A stretch of 43,350 nucleotides of DNA from a virus (IMGVR_UViG_2703718812_000010); one strand, 5' to 3'. Shown: positions 26,103-36,690, counted from the stretch's first letter. The notes: generated by a model from the sequence alone, not told the origin. A program made the numbers and translations.

Positions 26103-27601
26103 TTAATTTTGACGGGATCGGTAATGACCGCCGTATACCGCTGATTGAGGTTGAGTTTAATAACTCCATGGCTGTCACCGGCACTCCGGCACAGCGTCAG
26201 TGTGTGCTGCTGTTTGGTCAGGCGAGAATGAAAGAGAATGCCGTGGACGGTGCCGGTGTTCTGGATGTTCCGGTCAGGATCACCCGTGCGTCTCAGGCAA
26301 CAGAACTCTGGGGGCGCGGTTCCATGATTGCCCTGATGGTGGCGGAATTTATCGCCATCAATCCTGATGCTGAACTGTATGCCATTGCTCAGGGGAACGG
26401 CACCGGACAGGCAACGGCTGCGGCCATGAATCTGACCGGAACGGTCACCCGTGACGGGATTGTTTATGCCTGCGTGGGGGGGCGGCGTTATACACTCCCG
26501 GCACCAAAAGGTAAGAAAGGCAAAGAACTGACCGACGAGCTGGCCGCGCTGATCAATGCCGATCCTGACGCGCCCTTCACGGCCTCCTCTGGTGCAGGAA
26601 GTGGTGATAATGGCGCAGGTCTGAAAGGGTCTCTGGGGATCACCGCCCGCTTTACCGGTGAATGCTCCGTTCATGATGTGCGCCTGAACTATCACGACGG
26701 GGAAGCAACCCCGGAAGGAATACAGGTCGCTATAGCCTATCCGAAACAAAAAGCGGCTAACCCGGATATCACCCGAAGCGTGGCGGGGATGGGCGATCGC
26801 CAGTACAACTATGTCGTCATGCCCTATAAGGATGATGCAAACCTGAAAATCATCAGTGATGAGCTTCTGAAACGCTGGGGACCGGCCAAAATGTCTGACG
26901 GCGTGCTGTGGCTGGCACATACCGGCACGTTTGGTGAGGTGCAGGCATTCGGGGCAAAACGCAATGATTTTCTGGCGACCTGCACATCCATTCCCAAAGC
27001 CCCTGAACCGGATTACCTCTGGGCAGCGGCGGTCTGTGCCACCTGTGCACCCTCTCTGGGAGCAGATCCTGCGCGTCCGCTTCAGACGCTGGCGCTTCCG
27101 TCACGCATGGCCCCGGCTCCGGCCGATCGTCTGACGCGTGAAGAGCGTAACAGTCTGCTGTGGGGAGGGATTGCCACGGTCAGTGTGGCTGCCGGTGATG
27201 TGGTTCAGATCGAACGTCAGGTGACCATGTATCGCCAGAACGTGTACGGCGAAAGTGATCCCAGCTATCTGGATGTGGAAACCATCTACACCCTCTCCTG
27301 GCTGCGTTATTCCCTGCGTACTTTTATCACACAACGTTTTCCGCGCCATAAACTGGCTGATGACGGGACGCCCGTTCGTGCCGGTCAGAATATCGTGACG
27401 CCGGAGATCATGAAGCTTCAGTTAATTTCGCTGGGTGAAGAGTGGGTGGAACTCGGGCTGGTCGAAAATCTGGACACCTTTAAAAAGAATCTGCTTGTGG
27501 AGCGTAATGCGTCAGATCGAAACCGTCTTGACGTGTTATGCACGCCGGATCTGGTTAACCAGTTCCGCTTCCTGGCAGCACAGATCCGTTTCATTTTGTG
27601 A
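26099..27601 (+). CDS. contractile tail sheath protein (Mu L-like)
   Basis: 500 aa ORF followed by the tube gene; size and order match Mu L. Confidence 0.8.
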   Translation: MINFDGIGNDRRIPLIEVEFNNSMAVTGTPAQRQCVLLFGQARMKENAVDGAGVLDVPVRITRASQATELWGRGSMIALMVAEFIAINPDAELYAIAQGNGTGQATAAAMNLTGTVTRDGIVYACVGGRRYTLPAPKGKKGKELTDELAALINADPDAPFTASSGAGSGDNGAGLKGSLGITARFTGECSVHDVRLNYHDGEATPEGIQVAIAYPKQKAANPDITRSVAGMGDRQYNYVVMPYKDDANLKIISDELLKRWGPAKMSDGVLWLAHTGTFGEVQAFGAKRNDFLATCTSIPKAPEPDYLWAAAVCATCAPSLGADPARPLQTLALPSRMAPAPADRLTREERNSLLWGGIATVSVAAGDVVQIERQVTMYRQNVYGESDPSYLDVETIYTLSWLRYSLRTFITQRFPRHKLADDGTPVRAGQNIVTPEIMKLQLISLGEEWVELGLVENLDTFKKNLLVERNASDRNRLDVLCTPDLVNQFRFLAAQIRFIL

Positions 27602-27609
27602 GGTAAGGC

Positions 27610-27975
27610 ATGAGCGGAAAACAGTATCAGGGTACGGCCACTATCCGTGTGAACGGTCAGGAATACGAGACGCTTGAGGGGGCTACATTTTCTCCGTCTG
27701 GTTTTGAACGTGAAGTGGTGAAAGGCGCGAAAGTCTATGGTTACCGCCAGAAACCACGTGAAGCGACGCTGGACTGCAAATTTCCGGCAGGCGGAGAAGG
27801 TTCACCAGCCGCCGATGAAATCAACAACTGGACTGCGGTCACTATCGAGTTTGTGGCGGATACCGGCGAAGTCCACATGATGACGAAGGCCTGGAGCAGT
27901 GAACCGGCCTCGCTTGACGGTGGCGGGGAGATCTCCGTGAAGTTCGCCAGCGCCTCCAGTACCCGTGTTCAGTGA
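27610..27975 (+). CDS. tail tube protein (Mu M-like)
   Basis: 121 aa ORF directly after the sheath gene. Confidence 0.75.
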   Translation: MSGKQYQGTATIRVNGQEYETLEGATFSPSGFEREVVKGAKVYGYRQKPREATLDCKFPAGGEGSPAADEINNWTAVTIEFVADTGEVHMMTKAWSSEPASLDGGGEISVKFASASSTRVQ

Positions 27976-28466
27976 TCAGGAAAAATAAAATGACCACACG
28001 TAAGAAAAAAACGGCAGTTTCCGAGGCAGCCGTGATGGAGGCAATCCGGGAAGCACTTGAGGGGGCTGATCCACGCACTGCCGGGCTGACAGAGCAACTG
28101 GCAAAGGGATATGTGGATCTGCTTGATGGTCTGCCGTTTGGTGAGACCCGTGAATATCGTGTCACGTTCCGGGAACTGACAGCGAAAGACAGTATTGACG
28201 CAGAAGCAGAAGCCGAGCGCGTGGTGGAGACAAACAATGGCCCGATGCTGATAGCGTCTCCGTCGTTACGCGGTGTTGCACTGCTGCGCCGTCAGATTGC
28301 CGCAGTGGGAGACATTGAAGGTCCGTTGTCACCCCGTCAGATTGGACAGTTAAGCGAGCGCGATCTCTCCCGCCTGATGGCAGCGGTCAGCCTGCTGGAT
28401 ACCGCGCTTGCCGGAAAGCTGGCAGCTGACCGGGGGCGATCAGGCGCAGTGTCGGGATCAGATTGA
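27972..28466 (+). CDS. tail assembly chaperone (Mu gp41 position)
   Basis: 164 aa acidic protein between the tube and tape-measure genes. Confidence 0.6.
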   Translation: MIRKNKMTTRKKKTAVSEAAVMEAIREALEGADPRTAGLTEQLAKGYVDLLDGLPFGETREYRVTFRELTAKDSIDAEAEAERVVETNNGPMLIASPSLRGVALLRRQIAAVGDIEGPLSPRQIGQLSERDLSRLMAAVSLLDTALAGKLAADRGRSGAVSGSD

Positions 28467-28590
28467 AGAAGCGGCAATTATCCTGGGGATGGTGACAAAA
28501 AGCGGTCCGGAATGGGCGCTTAACCTCCCCCTGTCGCAACTTTACCGGCACTGCCGACAGACAGAAAAAATCATCAGAACGAAGCAGTAA
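28408..28590 (+). CDS. possible frameshift extension of the tail assembly chaperone
   Basis: 60 aa ORF in the +1 frame overlapping the last about 20 codons of the chaperone and ending 2 nt before the tape-measure start. Confidence 0.3.
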   Translation: MPESWQLTGGDQAQCRDQIEEAAIILGMVTKSGPEWALNLPLSQLYRHCRQTEKIIRTKQ

Positions 28591-28592
28591 GT

Positions 28593-30668
28593 ATGGCCCG
28601 AAATCTCAGAGCATCTCTGATAGTTGATTTGCTCGGCAATATCTCAGCCAAATCCCGCCAGTGGTCACAGGAGCTGGGGGCATTCTCACGCTCCGGCCAG
28701 GCGGGGCTGGGTGGCCTGGGAAATGCTGCCCGCCGTGCCGGGCAGGAAACAGATGTACTCGGAAGCAGGATGCAGCGCACGCTGGCCGGGGTGCGGGGCA
28801 GTATCCGCCATGTCACTTCTGATTTTGACCGTCTTCAGGACAGTATTACCGGCACCATCGGGCGGATCAGCAATCTTTACGGAATGCTGGCCGGTGGTGC
28901 TGCTGTATATGGCTTTAACCGGGGATTTATTCGCCCGGCAGCGGAGATGGAAACCTATATGATTCGCCTGAACTCCCTTTACAAAGGGGATCGGGCGAAA
29001 ACTGATGATGTCCGCAGGTGGGCAATACAGAATGCGAAGGAAACCACCTGGGGGCTGGCTGGCGTCATGCAGGAATATACGTCCAGTCTGGGCTTTGGTA
29101 TGAGTGACAGGGAGGCCCGAAATTTTGTCACCATGCTTCAGGATCAGGGTGCCGTGGGCGGCTGGTCACTGTCCGATGCACAGGGGGCATCCCTGCAACT
29201 GAAACAGATGTATGCAAGAGGCAGTATTCAGGCGGCGGATGCAAATATTCTTGCCACCTACGGCATTAATGCCTACCGCGTGCTGGCTGATCGTCTGGGT
29301 GTGGACCAGAAAGTGGTCAGAAAACTTGGTGAAAAAGGGCTGCTTGGGCCGGACAGTATTCGCCTGTTATTTCAGACGCTGGCGGAACAGGCCAGGGGAG
29401 CACAAAAGGACGCAATGAATTCCTGGAGTGGCCTGACGGCCATGATGGGTGACGTCTGGGATCAGTTTGCCCGGGATGTGATGGACAGTGGGCCATTTGA
29501 AAAACTGAAGGGTAATCTCAGGGGATTTCTTTCATGGGTTGACAGTGCCAAATCTGATGGCAGTTACCATTCCCTGGCGGAAAGCACGGCATCAGCCATG
29601 AACCAGGGCTTTGAGTATGCCCGTGATGCAGTGACAGGGTTTTATCAGGCGATCAGAAAGGTACGCGACACGCTTCAGGCTCTGCGGGATGCGGGCTATG
29701 GTGATGCGCTGGATCGCATTGGTCAGGGGGCACAGACCGCCGCGAAATACCTGCTGTACATGTATCTCGCCACCCGTGCCCTGAAAATGGCGCGGGCTGT
29801 CGGAACGGGGATTATACGTCCGGGTGCTGCATTGCTGGGATACGGATTATCAGCGGCGGCCTTCCTGACTTCACCTTTCCGGCGCTCTCCTCCGGCCGGA
29901 ACACCACCAGGCACATCTCAGGGACGAGGGCAACGTTTTATAAACTTTCTTACCGGGGTAAATCCGGCAGCCGTTCAGCCAGTACTTGTAACAAACTGGC
30001 CCACAGGAGGACTGTCCGGCACCGGCGCGACCGATACTTCCTCAGGCGGACGTCAGGGGCGGGGCCGCAGGAAACGCGGACCGGGGCGCGGAAGACCGGT
30101 CACGCCTCCCCTGCCACCGTCCCCAGTGCCACCGTCTCCCTCTTCTGGTGGGGCAGGGTTCTGGGGGCGCATGATGGGGCGCGCCGGTGGGTTACTTTCG
30201 TCTGTCGGTAGCCGCATGGGGCTGGGGCGTTTCTCCGGCTTTTTCCGCAGTGCCGGTGGACTGGCCGGCCGGCTGGGTGGCGGTGCCCTGTGGGCTGGCG
30301 CGATGGCAGCCCCGGTTCTGCTGGATGGCAGCGCCAGTGCCACAGACAAGGGAGAAGCGGTCGGCTCTCTTGCAGGCAGTATTGCCGGTGGTGCGCTGGG
30401 GGCGGCAGCCGGACCTGTGGGGATTGCCATTGGTTCTACGGTGGGCAGCTATCTCGGTAACTATCTGGGGGGATGGCTGACTGAAGCCTGGCAGAAATTA
30501 CGGGGCAGTGATGATGAAAGCAGTGGACAGGCGGTACAAAAAGCCTCTGCCCGTGTGGAGCTGGTTGCCCCGGAAGGGTGGCAGGCTCGCAGTATTGATA
30601 TTGATGACACGTCCGGTCACGGACTGGATGTGAATGTCTGGAACGGAGGGAATTATGGCCTCTGGTGA
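28593..30668 (+). CDS. tail tape measure protein
   Basis: 691 aa; helical N-terminal two-thirds and Gly/Pro/Ala-rich C-terminal region; position after the chaperone. Confidence 0.8.
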   Translation: MARNLRASLIVDLLGNISAKSRQWSQELGAFSRSGQAGLGGLGNAARRAGQETDVLGSRMQRTLAGVRGSIRHVTSDFDRLQDSITGTIGRISNLYGMLAGGAAVYGFNRGFIRPAAEMETYMIRLNSLYKGDRAKTDDVRRWAIQNAKETTWGLAGVMQEYTSSLGFGMSDREARNFVTMLQDQGAVGGWSLSDAQGASLQLKQMYARGSIQAADANILATYGINAYRVLADRLGVDQKVVRKLGEKGLLGPDSIRLLFQTLAEQARGAQKDAMNSWSGLTAMMGDVWDQFARDVMDSGPFEKLKGNLRGFLSWVDSAKSDGSYHSLAESTASAMNQGFEYARDAVTGFYQAIRKVRDTLQALRDAGYGDALDRIGQGAQTAAKYLLYMYLATRALKMARAVGTGIIRPGAALLGYGLSAAAFLTSPFRRSPPAGTPPGTSQGRGQRFINFLTGVNPAAVQPVLVTNWPTGGLSGTGATDTSSGGRQGRGRRKRGPGRGRPVTPPLPPSPVPPSPSSGGAGFWGRMMGRAGGLLSSVGSRMGLGRFSGFFRSAGGLAGRLGGGALWAGAMAAPVLLDGSASATDKGEAVGSLAGSIAGGALGAAAGPVGIAIGSTVGSYLGNYLGGWLTEAWQKLRGSDDESSGQAVQKASARVELVAPEGWQARSIDIDDTSGHGLDVNVWNGGNYGLW

Positions 30669-32004
30669 CGGTCGTGGTGCGTTCCGTGGTGTGCCGTTCC
30701 TCGTCTGGCGTGAGCAGCGCGAACGTGGCGGGCGAAACATTGTCCGTCGGGAATATCCGTTACGGGAAACCGGTGGTGCAGACGATCTGGGACCTAAACT
30801 GGCTGAATTTACGTTCAGTGTACTTGTGATGGGGGATGATGTTCAGACACAGCGAAATCGTCTGCGTGATGCCCTTCGTGCTCCCGGTGCCGGGGAGCTG
30901 CTTCACCCGGATTACGGCACGTTAAATGTGCTGATAAACAGCTTTGAAAGTCGTTATAACGCTGCTGAACAAGGCGTGGTTGAGTTCACCATTAATGTCA
31001 CGCCGGTAAGTGATGATACCGCACCTGCTGTCACACAGGACACGGCCGCCATTCTGGAGCAGAAGAGTACCACCGCGCTCGGGAAGGTTTTTGAAACCCT
31101 GGAAGCGGGCTGGACGGTGATTTCTGACGGAATGCACGATGTCCAGGCAATGACCGAAACCATCAGCGATAAGGTGTCCGCCCTGGAAAATGCCGTTTCC
31201 GGCATGGGGATTGTACAGGATATCAGTGCCTTTACTGCCACGTTCACGGCGCTGAAAGGGAATGCCACGGCATTACTGACAGCACCTTCCCGCATGGCCT
31301 CATCTTTTGCGGGGCTTTTCAGTGCCCTGATCACCCTGCCATCGCTGCCGTCACTGTCTTCAGGAGGCCTGAATACCCGGCCCGGTGGCAGTATCGGCCG
31401 GACGACATCCGCCGTCTCTCAGGGAATGCCGCAACTGTACAGGACATTATCTTCCCTGCGTTACGTGCTGGATGAGCAGGATAATCCGCAGACTCTCATC
31501 GGTCTGACACCGGCAGCACAAAAGAATATTCGTCTGATACGGGCGGTAATGCAGAGTGCTGCCGTGGTGGCCCAGGCACAGACCGTGGGAAAACTGCTGG
31601 ATCAGGTTCTCAGTCAGGAAACCCTGCCGGACAGTGACGCAGCCCACCGTACCTGGCCTGTCTGGCTGGAAAGTTCAGTTGATCTTCAGCGCATTAACCG
31701 TGACTTAAGCGAAGCGCTCGAACGGCAGGTGATGACACTGTCCGGGCAGGGGTATACCGCCACGGCGCTGACGCTTCGTGATGCCAGACTGGCACTGACA
31801 GAGGATCTGAATACACGGGGAGTTCAGCTACCCGGTGCAACAGTAGTGACTGTACGTACCACCGAGCCTGCACTGGTGACCCTGTACCGTGCCACCGGGA
31901 ACAGTACCGGCTGGCAACGTTTTGTGCGCCGTAACGGTATTGTTGATCCGCTGTTCATTCCCGGAGGCCATTCAGTGGAGGTGATTAGTGAGCAGCAGGG
32001 TTGA
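30655..32004 (+). CDS. DNA circularization protein (Mu N-like)
   Basis: ATG at 30655 preceded by GGAGGG (ORF track start is 30634); about 449 aa; follows the tape-measure gene as in Mu. Confidence 0.65.
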   Translation: MASGDGRGAFRGVPFLVWREQRERGGRNIVRREYPLRETGGADDLGPKLAEFTFSVLVMGDDVQTQRNRLRDALRAPGAGELLHPDYGTLNVLINSFESRYNAAEQGVVEFTINVTPVSDDTAPAVTQDTAAILEQKSTTALGKVFETLEAGWTVISDGMHDVQAMTETISDKVSALENAVSGMGIVQDISAFTATFTALKGNATALLTAPSRMASSFAGLFSALITLPSLPSLSSGGLNTRPGGSIGRTTSAVSQGMPQLYRTLSSLRYVLDEQDNPQTLIGLTPAAQKNIRLIRAVMQSAAVVAQAQTVGKLLDQVLSQETLPDSDAAHRTWPVWLESSVDLQRINRDLSEALERQVMTLSGQGYTATALTLRDARLALTEDLNTRGVQLPGATVVTVRTTEPALVTLYRATGNSTGWQRFVRRNGIVDPLFIPGGHSVEVISEQQG

Positions 32005-33112
32005 ACTGTATCTGGGCGGTGAGATTTTTTCCGGCTGGCTGACGGTGAGTGTTCGTCGCTCTCTTGAACATCTGGCGGGCTCCTTTGAACTGGGGGTAAT
32101 GATGCCCGGTGTACGCCTTCCGTCATCCGTCCGTGCCGGTCAGTCTCTGGAATTGCGCATTGACGGTCAGCCTGTGATCACTGGCTGGCTGGATCAGGTC
32201 CGGCAGCGCATCAGCGCCACGCGTTTTCAGATCACGCTCAGCGGACGGGATAAAACCGGTGACCTGGTGGACTGTTCAGCCATTCATCCGGGCAGCCAGT
32301 GGAGGAACCGCACGCTGGAGCACATTGCTTCAGATTTGTGTGCTCCGTTCGGGGTCACGGTGCGCTGGCAGGTAAATGATGCAACGGCAGCCCGGCCCTT
32401 TTCCACCTTCACACTGGAAAACTCAGAAACCGTGGCAGATGCGCTGACACGGGCCGCGAGACACAGAGGCGTCCTGGTAACCAGTAATGCCGCCGGTGAA
32501 CTGGTTTTCACTCAGGCCGGCAGTCAGCGTGGCGACACGCTGACGCTGGGCGAAAATCTGCTGGATTTGGATCACAACGTGGATCACCGTCTGCGCCACA
32601 GTGAATACCGTGTACGGGGGCACGGGCGTGGTGGTGGTCATGCCGGGGATGCACTGACAGCCGGAACGCTGGCCGCACCCGTTGGTACGGTGACAGACAG
32701 TGCCATCCACCGTTACAGACCGAAAATTGTGCTGGCGGATCATGCTGTTGATGCAGACGGTGCACGCCAGAGGGCTGTCCGGGAAATGCGCCGGGCGGTT
32801 GCCCGCTCTGTGCGCCTGACAGCCACCGTGCGGCACTGGTTTCGGGAGAACGGCCAGTTGTGGGATATCAACCTGCTGACGGCTGTCACGGCTCCCCGCA
32901 CCGGAGTGGAAGAGCGTGATCTTCTTGTCTGTCAGGTGGAGTTTTCGCTGGATGCAAATCACGGCGAAACCACCCGTCTGATTCTGGCACCCCGTGACGG
33001 CTTTATTGTTCCGGCAGAGCCGGGAAACAGCGGAAGCGGAAATGCGGGTGACGTGGACGCCTTCGTGCGGGCACAGATGAAAAAACAGGGGATTAAATTC
33101 AATGATGAATGA
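31988..33112 (+). CDS. baseplate hub-region protein (Mu P-like)
   Basis: 374 aa ORF, overlapping start; Mu P is of similar size at this position. Confidence 0.65.
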   Translation: MSSRVELYLGGEIFSGWLTVSVRRSLEHLAGSFELGVMMPGVRLPSSVRAGQSLELRIDGQPVITGWLDQVRQRISATRFQITLSGRDKTGDLVDCSAIHPGSQWRNRTLEHIASDLCAPFGVTVRWQVNDATAARPFSTFTLENSETVADALTRAARHRGVLVTSNAAGELVFTQAGSQRGDTLTLGENLLDLDHNVDHRLRHSEYRVRGHGRGGGHAGDALTAGTLAAPVGTVTDSAIHRYRPKIVLADHAVDADGARQRAVREMRRAVARSVRLTATVRHWFRENGQLWDINLLTAVTAPRTGVEERDLLVCQVEFSLDANHGETTRLILAPRDGFIVPAEPGNSGSGNAGDVDAFVRAQMKKQGIKFNDE

Positions 33113-33716
33113 CGAAGTCATCAGCCGCCTTCTGGCCCCCGTGATGCGGGGTGTTCGTCTGCTGTTCGGGCGTGGTGTACTGACCGGCACAACGGACACG
33201 ATGAAAATCCAGAATGTGCAAATCACCGGTATGGATGGTGAAACCTTTGATGACGTTGAACGCCCCCAGCAGTACGGGCAAATCAGCGTCCCCCTGCCTG
33301 GTGCGGAAGTTTTTCTGGCCTGTGCTGGCGGACAACGGGATCAGGCCGTGGTGCTTGTGGTGGAAGACCGCCGCAGTCGCCCGACCGGACTTACCGCCGG
33401 AGATACCGGCGTGTATCACCATGAGGGGCACCGTATACGTCTGACAAAGAACGGCCGGATCATTGTGACCTGTAAGACGCTGGAGATTTACGCCGATGAA
33501 GGTGTTCAGGTGGATACACCGGAGGCTCACTTTACCGGTAATGTCACAGTGGATAAGAACCTGCATGTCAAAGGCAATGTGTCCATTGACGGCACCGGAA
33601 GATCACAGGGGACGTTCACGATGTCCGAAGCGGTTATTGCCGGGATCACCTATTCAGGTCATGTGCATCACGATAACGGTGAAGGCAGCAAAACGGGAGG
33701 ACCAGAGAATGGCTGA
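33102..33716 (+). CDS. baseplate assembly/spike protein (Mu gp45-like)
   Basis: 204 aa ORF at the gp45 position. Confidence 0.65.
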   Translation: MMNDEVISRLLAPVMRGVRLLFGRGVLTGTTDTMKIQNVQITGMDGETFDDVERPQQYGQISVPLPGAEVFLACAGGQRDQAVVLVVEDRRSRPTGLTAGDTGVYHHEGHRIRLTKNGRIIVTCKTLEIYADEGVQVDTPEAHFTGNVTVDKNLHVKGNVSIDGTGRSQGTFTMSEAVIAGITYSGHVHHDNGEGSKTGGPENG

Positions 33717-34146
33717 TATTGCTGTCGTCTGGGATCAGGGTTGCGGTTCCCTGCAACTGAACGGCGCAGATCTTCTGACGGATAACAGCCTGCTGACTGC
33801 GGTCATTATTTCACTGTTTACGGACAGGCGGGCGCTGGATTCCGATGAAATCCCTGACGGCACCCGTGACCGTCGGGGATGGTGGGGAGACAGTTTCCGG
33901 GAGCGCCCCGTTGGCTCCCGTCTCTGGCTGTTAAGCCGTGAAAAGACGCTGTCCTCCGTGGTCAGCCGTGCACAGGCCTATGCTGATGAAGCGCTGGCGT
34001 GGCTGCATAAAAGCGGTGCTGCCACATCCGTGGTATGTCATGCCATGCGTGTGGGGCATGCTCGCCTTTCGCTTTCCGTGAAAATCACCCTGCCGGACGG
34101 AAGCAGACATCCGATGATTTTTTATGCTGATATGAAGGGGGAATGA
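33709..34146 (+). CDS. baseplate protein (Mu gp46-like)
   Basis: Internal ATG at 33709 of ORF 33496..34146, giving about 145 aa that begins right at the gp45 stop. Confidence 0.6.
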   Translation: MADIAVVWDQGCGSLQLNGADLLTDNSLLTAVIISLFTDRRALDSDEIPDGTRDRRGWWGDSFRERPVGSRLWLLSREKTLSSVVSRAQAYADEALAWLHKSGAATSVVCHAMRVGHARLSLSVKITLPDGSRHPMIFYADMKGE

Positions 34147-35228
34147 TGCCTTATCAGCCCTTACCACTGGCGCAACTGATCACACAGACACAACAGGATA
34201 TCAGCCAGCGCCTGCCCGGTTCGCAGCCGGGCGTGAATGAAACCACCCTGAATGCCATTGCGTATGCACTGGCGGGTCTGTCAGCACAGGAGCATGAACA
34301 TCTGGCCTGGATCTCCCGGCAGATAATTCCGACAGAAGCTGATGAAGCCGAACTCCTGAAACACTGCGCATTCTGGGGTGTCATCCGTAAACCGGCTTCC
34401 CGCGCTGACGGACCGGTACAACTGATGCTGACCACGGATGCAGGGATCACGGAAGGCGTACTCCTTCAGCGAAGCGATGGTGTTGTGTACCGCATCACCG
34501 GCTCTGCGACCGGAAAAGCCGGAACACTGAATGTTAATGTGGAGGCGGAAAGTGCGGGGCGCGCTGGAAATACCCCGACCGGAACCCGCCTGTCCTTTAT
34601 CACGCCACAGGCGGGCATCAACCAGACAGCCACGGTCACCGGCACGGGACTCACCGGTGGTGCGGATGTGGAAACGGTGCCGGAGTTGCTGTCCAGGCTG
34701 GTATTCCGGGTACAGAACCCGCCATCAGGGGGAACACAGTATGATTTTGAACGCTGGGCACGGGAAGTACCGGGCGTGACGCGGGCATGGTGTAAGCCTG
34801 AATGGCCTGAGGCGGGTAGTGTTGGTGTGACTTTTGTTCAGGATAATAACCCTGACATTTTCCCCGGAGAAGGTGATGTGAAGCGGGTGGCGGATTATAT
34901 CCGCAGTCATGATGATCCGGCGACGGGCCAGCCCGTTGGTCAGCCACTTGGGCCGACAATCAGCGTGTTTAAGCTGACCAATAAGCCGGTGGCGTTTGAG
35001 ATCAGGATTGTACCCAAAACGCCGGAAAATCAGGCTGCCGTAAAACAGGCATTAACGGACCTGCTTTATAACGAATCGCGGCCGGGTGGACTTGTATTGC
35101 CTTCATCATTCTGGCGGGCTGTTGCAGGGGTGAAAGGACTGGAGGATTTTGAAGTTCGCAGCCCGCTGAAGTCCGTGATGGCCGGAGATACAGAGTTGCT
35201 GACCGTGGGGGAAATCACATGGCTGTAA
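34143..35228 (+). CDS. baseplate J-like protein (Mu gp47-like)
   Basis: 361 aa ORF; size and position match Mu gp47. Confidence 0.7.
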   Translation: MMPYQPLPLAQLITQTQQDISQRLPGSQPGVNETTLNAIAYALAGLSAQEHEHLAWISRQIIPTEADEAELLKHCAFWGVIRKPASRADGPVQLMLTTDAGITEGVLLQRSDGVVYRITGSATGKAGTLNVNVEAESAGRAGNTPTGTRLSFITPQAGINQTATVTGTGLTGGADVETVPELLSRLVFRVQNPPSGGTQYDFERWAREVPGVTRAWCKPEWPEAGSVGVTFVQDNNPDIFPGEGDVKRVADYIRSHDDPATGQPVGQPLGPTISVFKLTNKPVAFEIRIVPKTPENQAAVKQALTDLLYNESRPGGLVLPSSFWRAVAGVKGLEDFEVRSPLKSVMAGDTELLTVGEITWL

Positions 35229-35779
35229 CCCTGACCCCGCATCAGCGTGCCCTGTTGCAGTTGCTGCCTGACGGGCTGGCATGGGATAAGCGGCCGTCAT
35301 CCGTTCTTGCGGCTTTGTGCCTGGGCCTCAGTCATTCCACGGAGCGTGTTTCCTGGACCGGTAACCAGATGCTGGCAGAACGTTTTCCTGATTCATCCCG
35401 TCTGCTGCTGGAAGACTGGGAGCGTTATCTGGGGTTACCGGAATGTGATATGACCGGCGCAACAATTCAGGAGCGTCAGCGTTATGCCGGGAATAAATAC
35501 CGGATGAAACCCTCTCTTAACCGTGAATTTTATATCCGGTTTGCGGCAGAGTTTGGTTATGAAATAGATATTCAGCCATCACCGGATTCACAGTGGGTCA
35601 GTATTGTCACGATTAACAGTGAAACCGGCTACCGGAATATGAATGTGCTGGATGATATTCTCACGCCGCTGCGTATTTATGAAGGCGGTGCGCTGGAATG
35701 TATTCTGAACCGTTATAAGCCTGCATGGCAGACGTTTATTTACGTGTATGCAAACAGCCATGAAGAGGAGACTATTTAA
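35219..35779 (+). CDS. tail protein (Mu gp48-like)
   Basis: 186 aa ORF upstream of the tail fibre gene. Confidence 0.6.
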   Translation: MAVTLTPHQRALLQLLPDGLAWDKRPSSVLAALCLGLSHSTERVSWTGNQMLAERFPDSSRLLLEDWERYLGLPECDMTGATIQERQRYAGNKYRMKPSLNREFYIRFAAEFGYEIDIQPSPDSQWVSIVTINSETGYRNMNVLDDILTPLRIYEGGALECILNRYKPAWQTFIYVYANSHEEETI

Positions 35780-36690
35780 TGTTTCATGTTGATAATAATT
35801 CCGGCGTGGCGAATATGCCTGCGCTGGCACCGGCGCAGAGTAATACCACCACCTGGTTTACCGAAGGTGACGGACAAAAAGGTATCAGCTGGATTGGTCA
35901 GGACTGGCTGAATATTCTCCAGGCCGAACTGCTGAATATTCTGGCTGAAGCCAGTATTCAGCCGGATAAGGCGCAGTTAAACCAGCTTACGCTGTCCATT
36001 AAAGCCATTATCGCTGCGAATGCCTTTTCCCGGAAAAACAACCTGAAAGAAATTGCTGATGCCGGTGCGGAAGCCCAGCGTCTTGCCCGTGGTTATCTTG
36101 GTCTTGGGGCGCTTGCCACAAAAAACAGTCTTGGTCCCGGTGACGTTAATGCTCTGGCGAAGGATCAGAACCTTGCCGACCTGGAGAATGCGGGAACCGC
36201 CCGTAATAATCTGGATGTTTACAGCAAAAGCGAAGGTGATAACCGTTACCTGCGCAGGGAGCAGAACGGCGCAGACATTCCGGATAAAGGCGCTTTTATC
36301 GATAACGTCGGTTTACGGGAAACGGTAAATAAGGCTGCTGATGCCCTGCCATCGGGTGGAACCGCCGTGGCAGCAAACAGACTCGCCACCCCAAGAAATA
36401 TTAATGGCGTTCCTTTTGACGGAACGCAGGATATCAACATCACGTCAGGAATGACGCAGTCAACCGCAGATGGCCGGTATGTACAGAATGTTCAGCTTGG
36501 AGCACAGAGCTATCATTCACCCGGAGGCAATGAAATATCATGGAATTACAGCGCACCTTCCGGTTGTATGCTTTCCGGTATTAACGTGCAGGAAACCGGC
36601 TCCCGGTCTGCGGACAATATCGGTGGGGTCTATTATCGCCCGGTTCAGATTTATATTAATAATGCCTGGAGAACGGTAAGTTCAGTGTAA
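35779..36690 (+). CDS. tail fibre protein S (constant part plus currently joined variable C-terminus)
   Basis: 303 aa; the gene is crossed by a Gin recombination site at 36297-36322; the C-terminal region is homologous to a promoterless inverted segment at 37326-37682. Confidence 0.75.
   Translation: MFHVDNNSGVANMPALAPAQSNTTTWFTEGDGQKGISWIGQDWLNILQAELLNILAEASIQPDKAQLNQLTLSIKAIIAANAFSRKNNLKEIADAGAEAQRLARGYLGLGALATKNSLGPGDVNALAKDQNLADLENAGTARNNLDVYSKSEGDNRYLRREQNGADIPDKGAFIDNVGLRETVNKAADALPSGGTAVAANRLATPRNINGVPFDGTQDINITSGMTQSTADGRYVQNVQLGAQSYHSPGGNEISWNYSAPSGCMLSGINVQETGSRSADNIGGVYYRPVQIYINNAWRTVSSV
36297..36322 (+). repeat. gixL-like recombination site
   Basis: TTATCGATAACGTCGGTTTACGGGAA, a 26 bp match to the Gin/Hin crossover-site pattern (two 12 bp half-sites around a 2 bp core), in inverted orientation relative to 37671-37696. 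Confidence 0.6.

Noticed and set aside
25994-26920. 308 aa minus-strand ORF overlapping the sheath-region genes (similar long antisense ORFs at 32423-33226, 16403-16996, 18712-19311, 23407-24051, 22973-23536)
   Set aside because: They lie antisense to well-supported, tightly packed late structural genes. Long antisense frames without stops are expected by chance in GC-rich coding DNA, and none has a plausible start context or recognisable motif.
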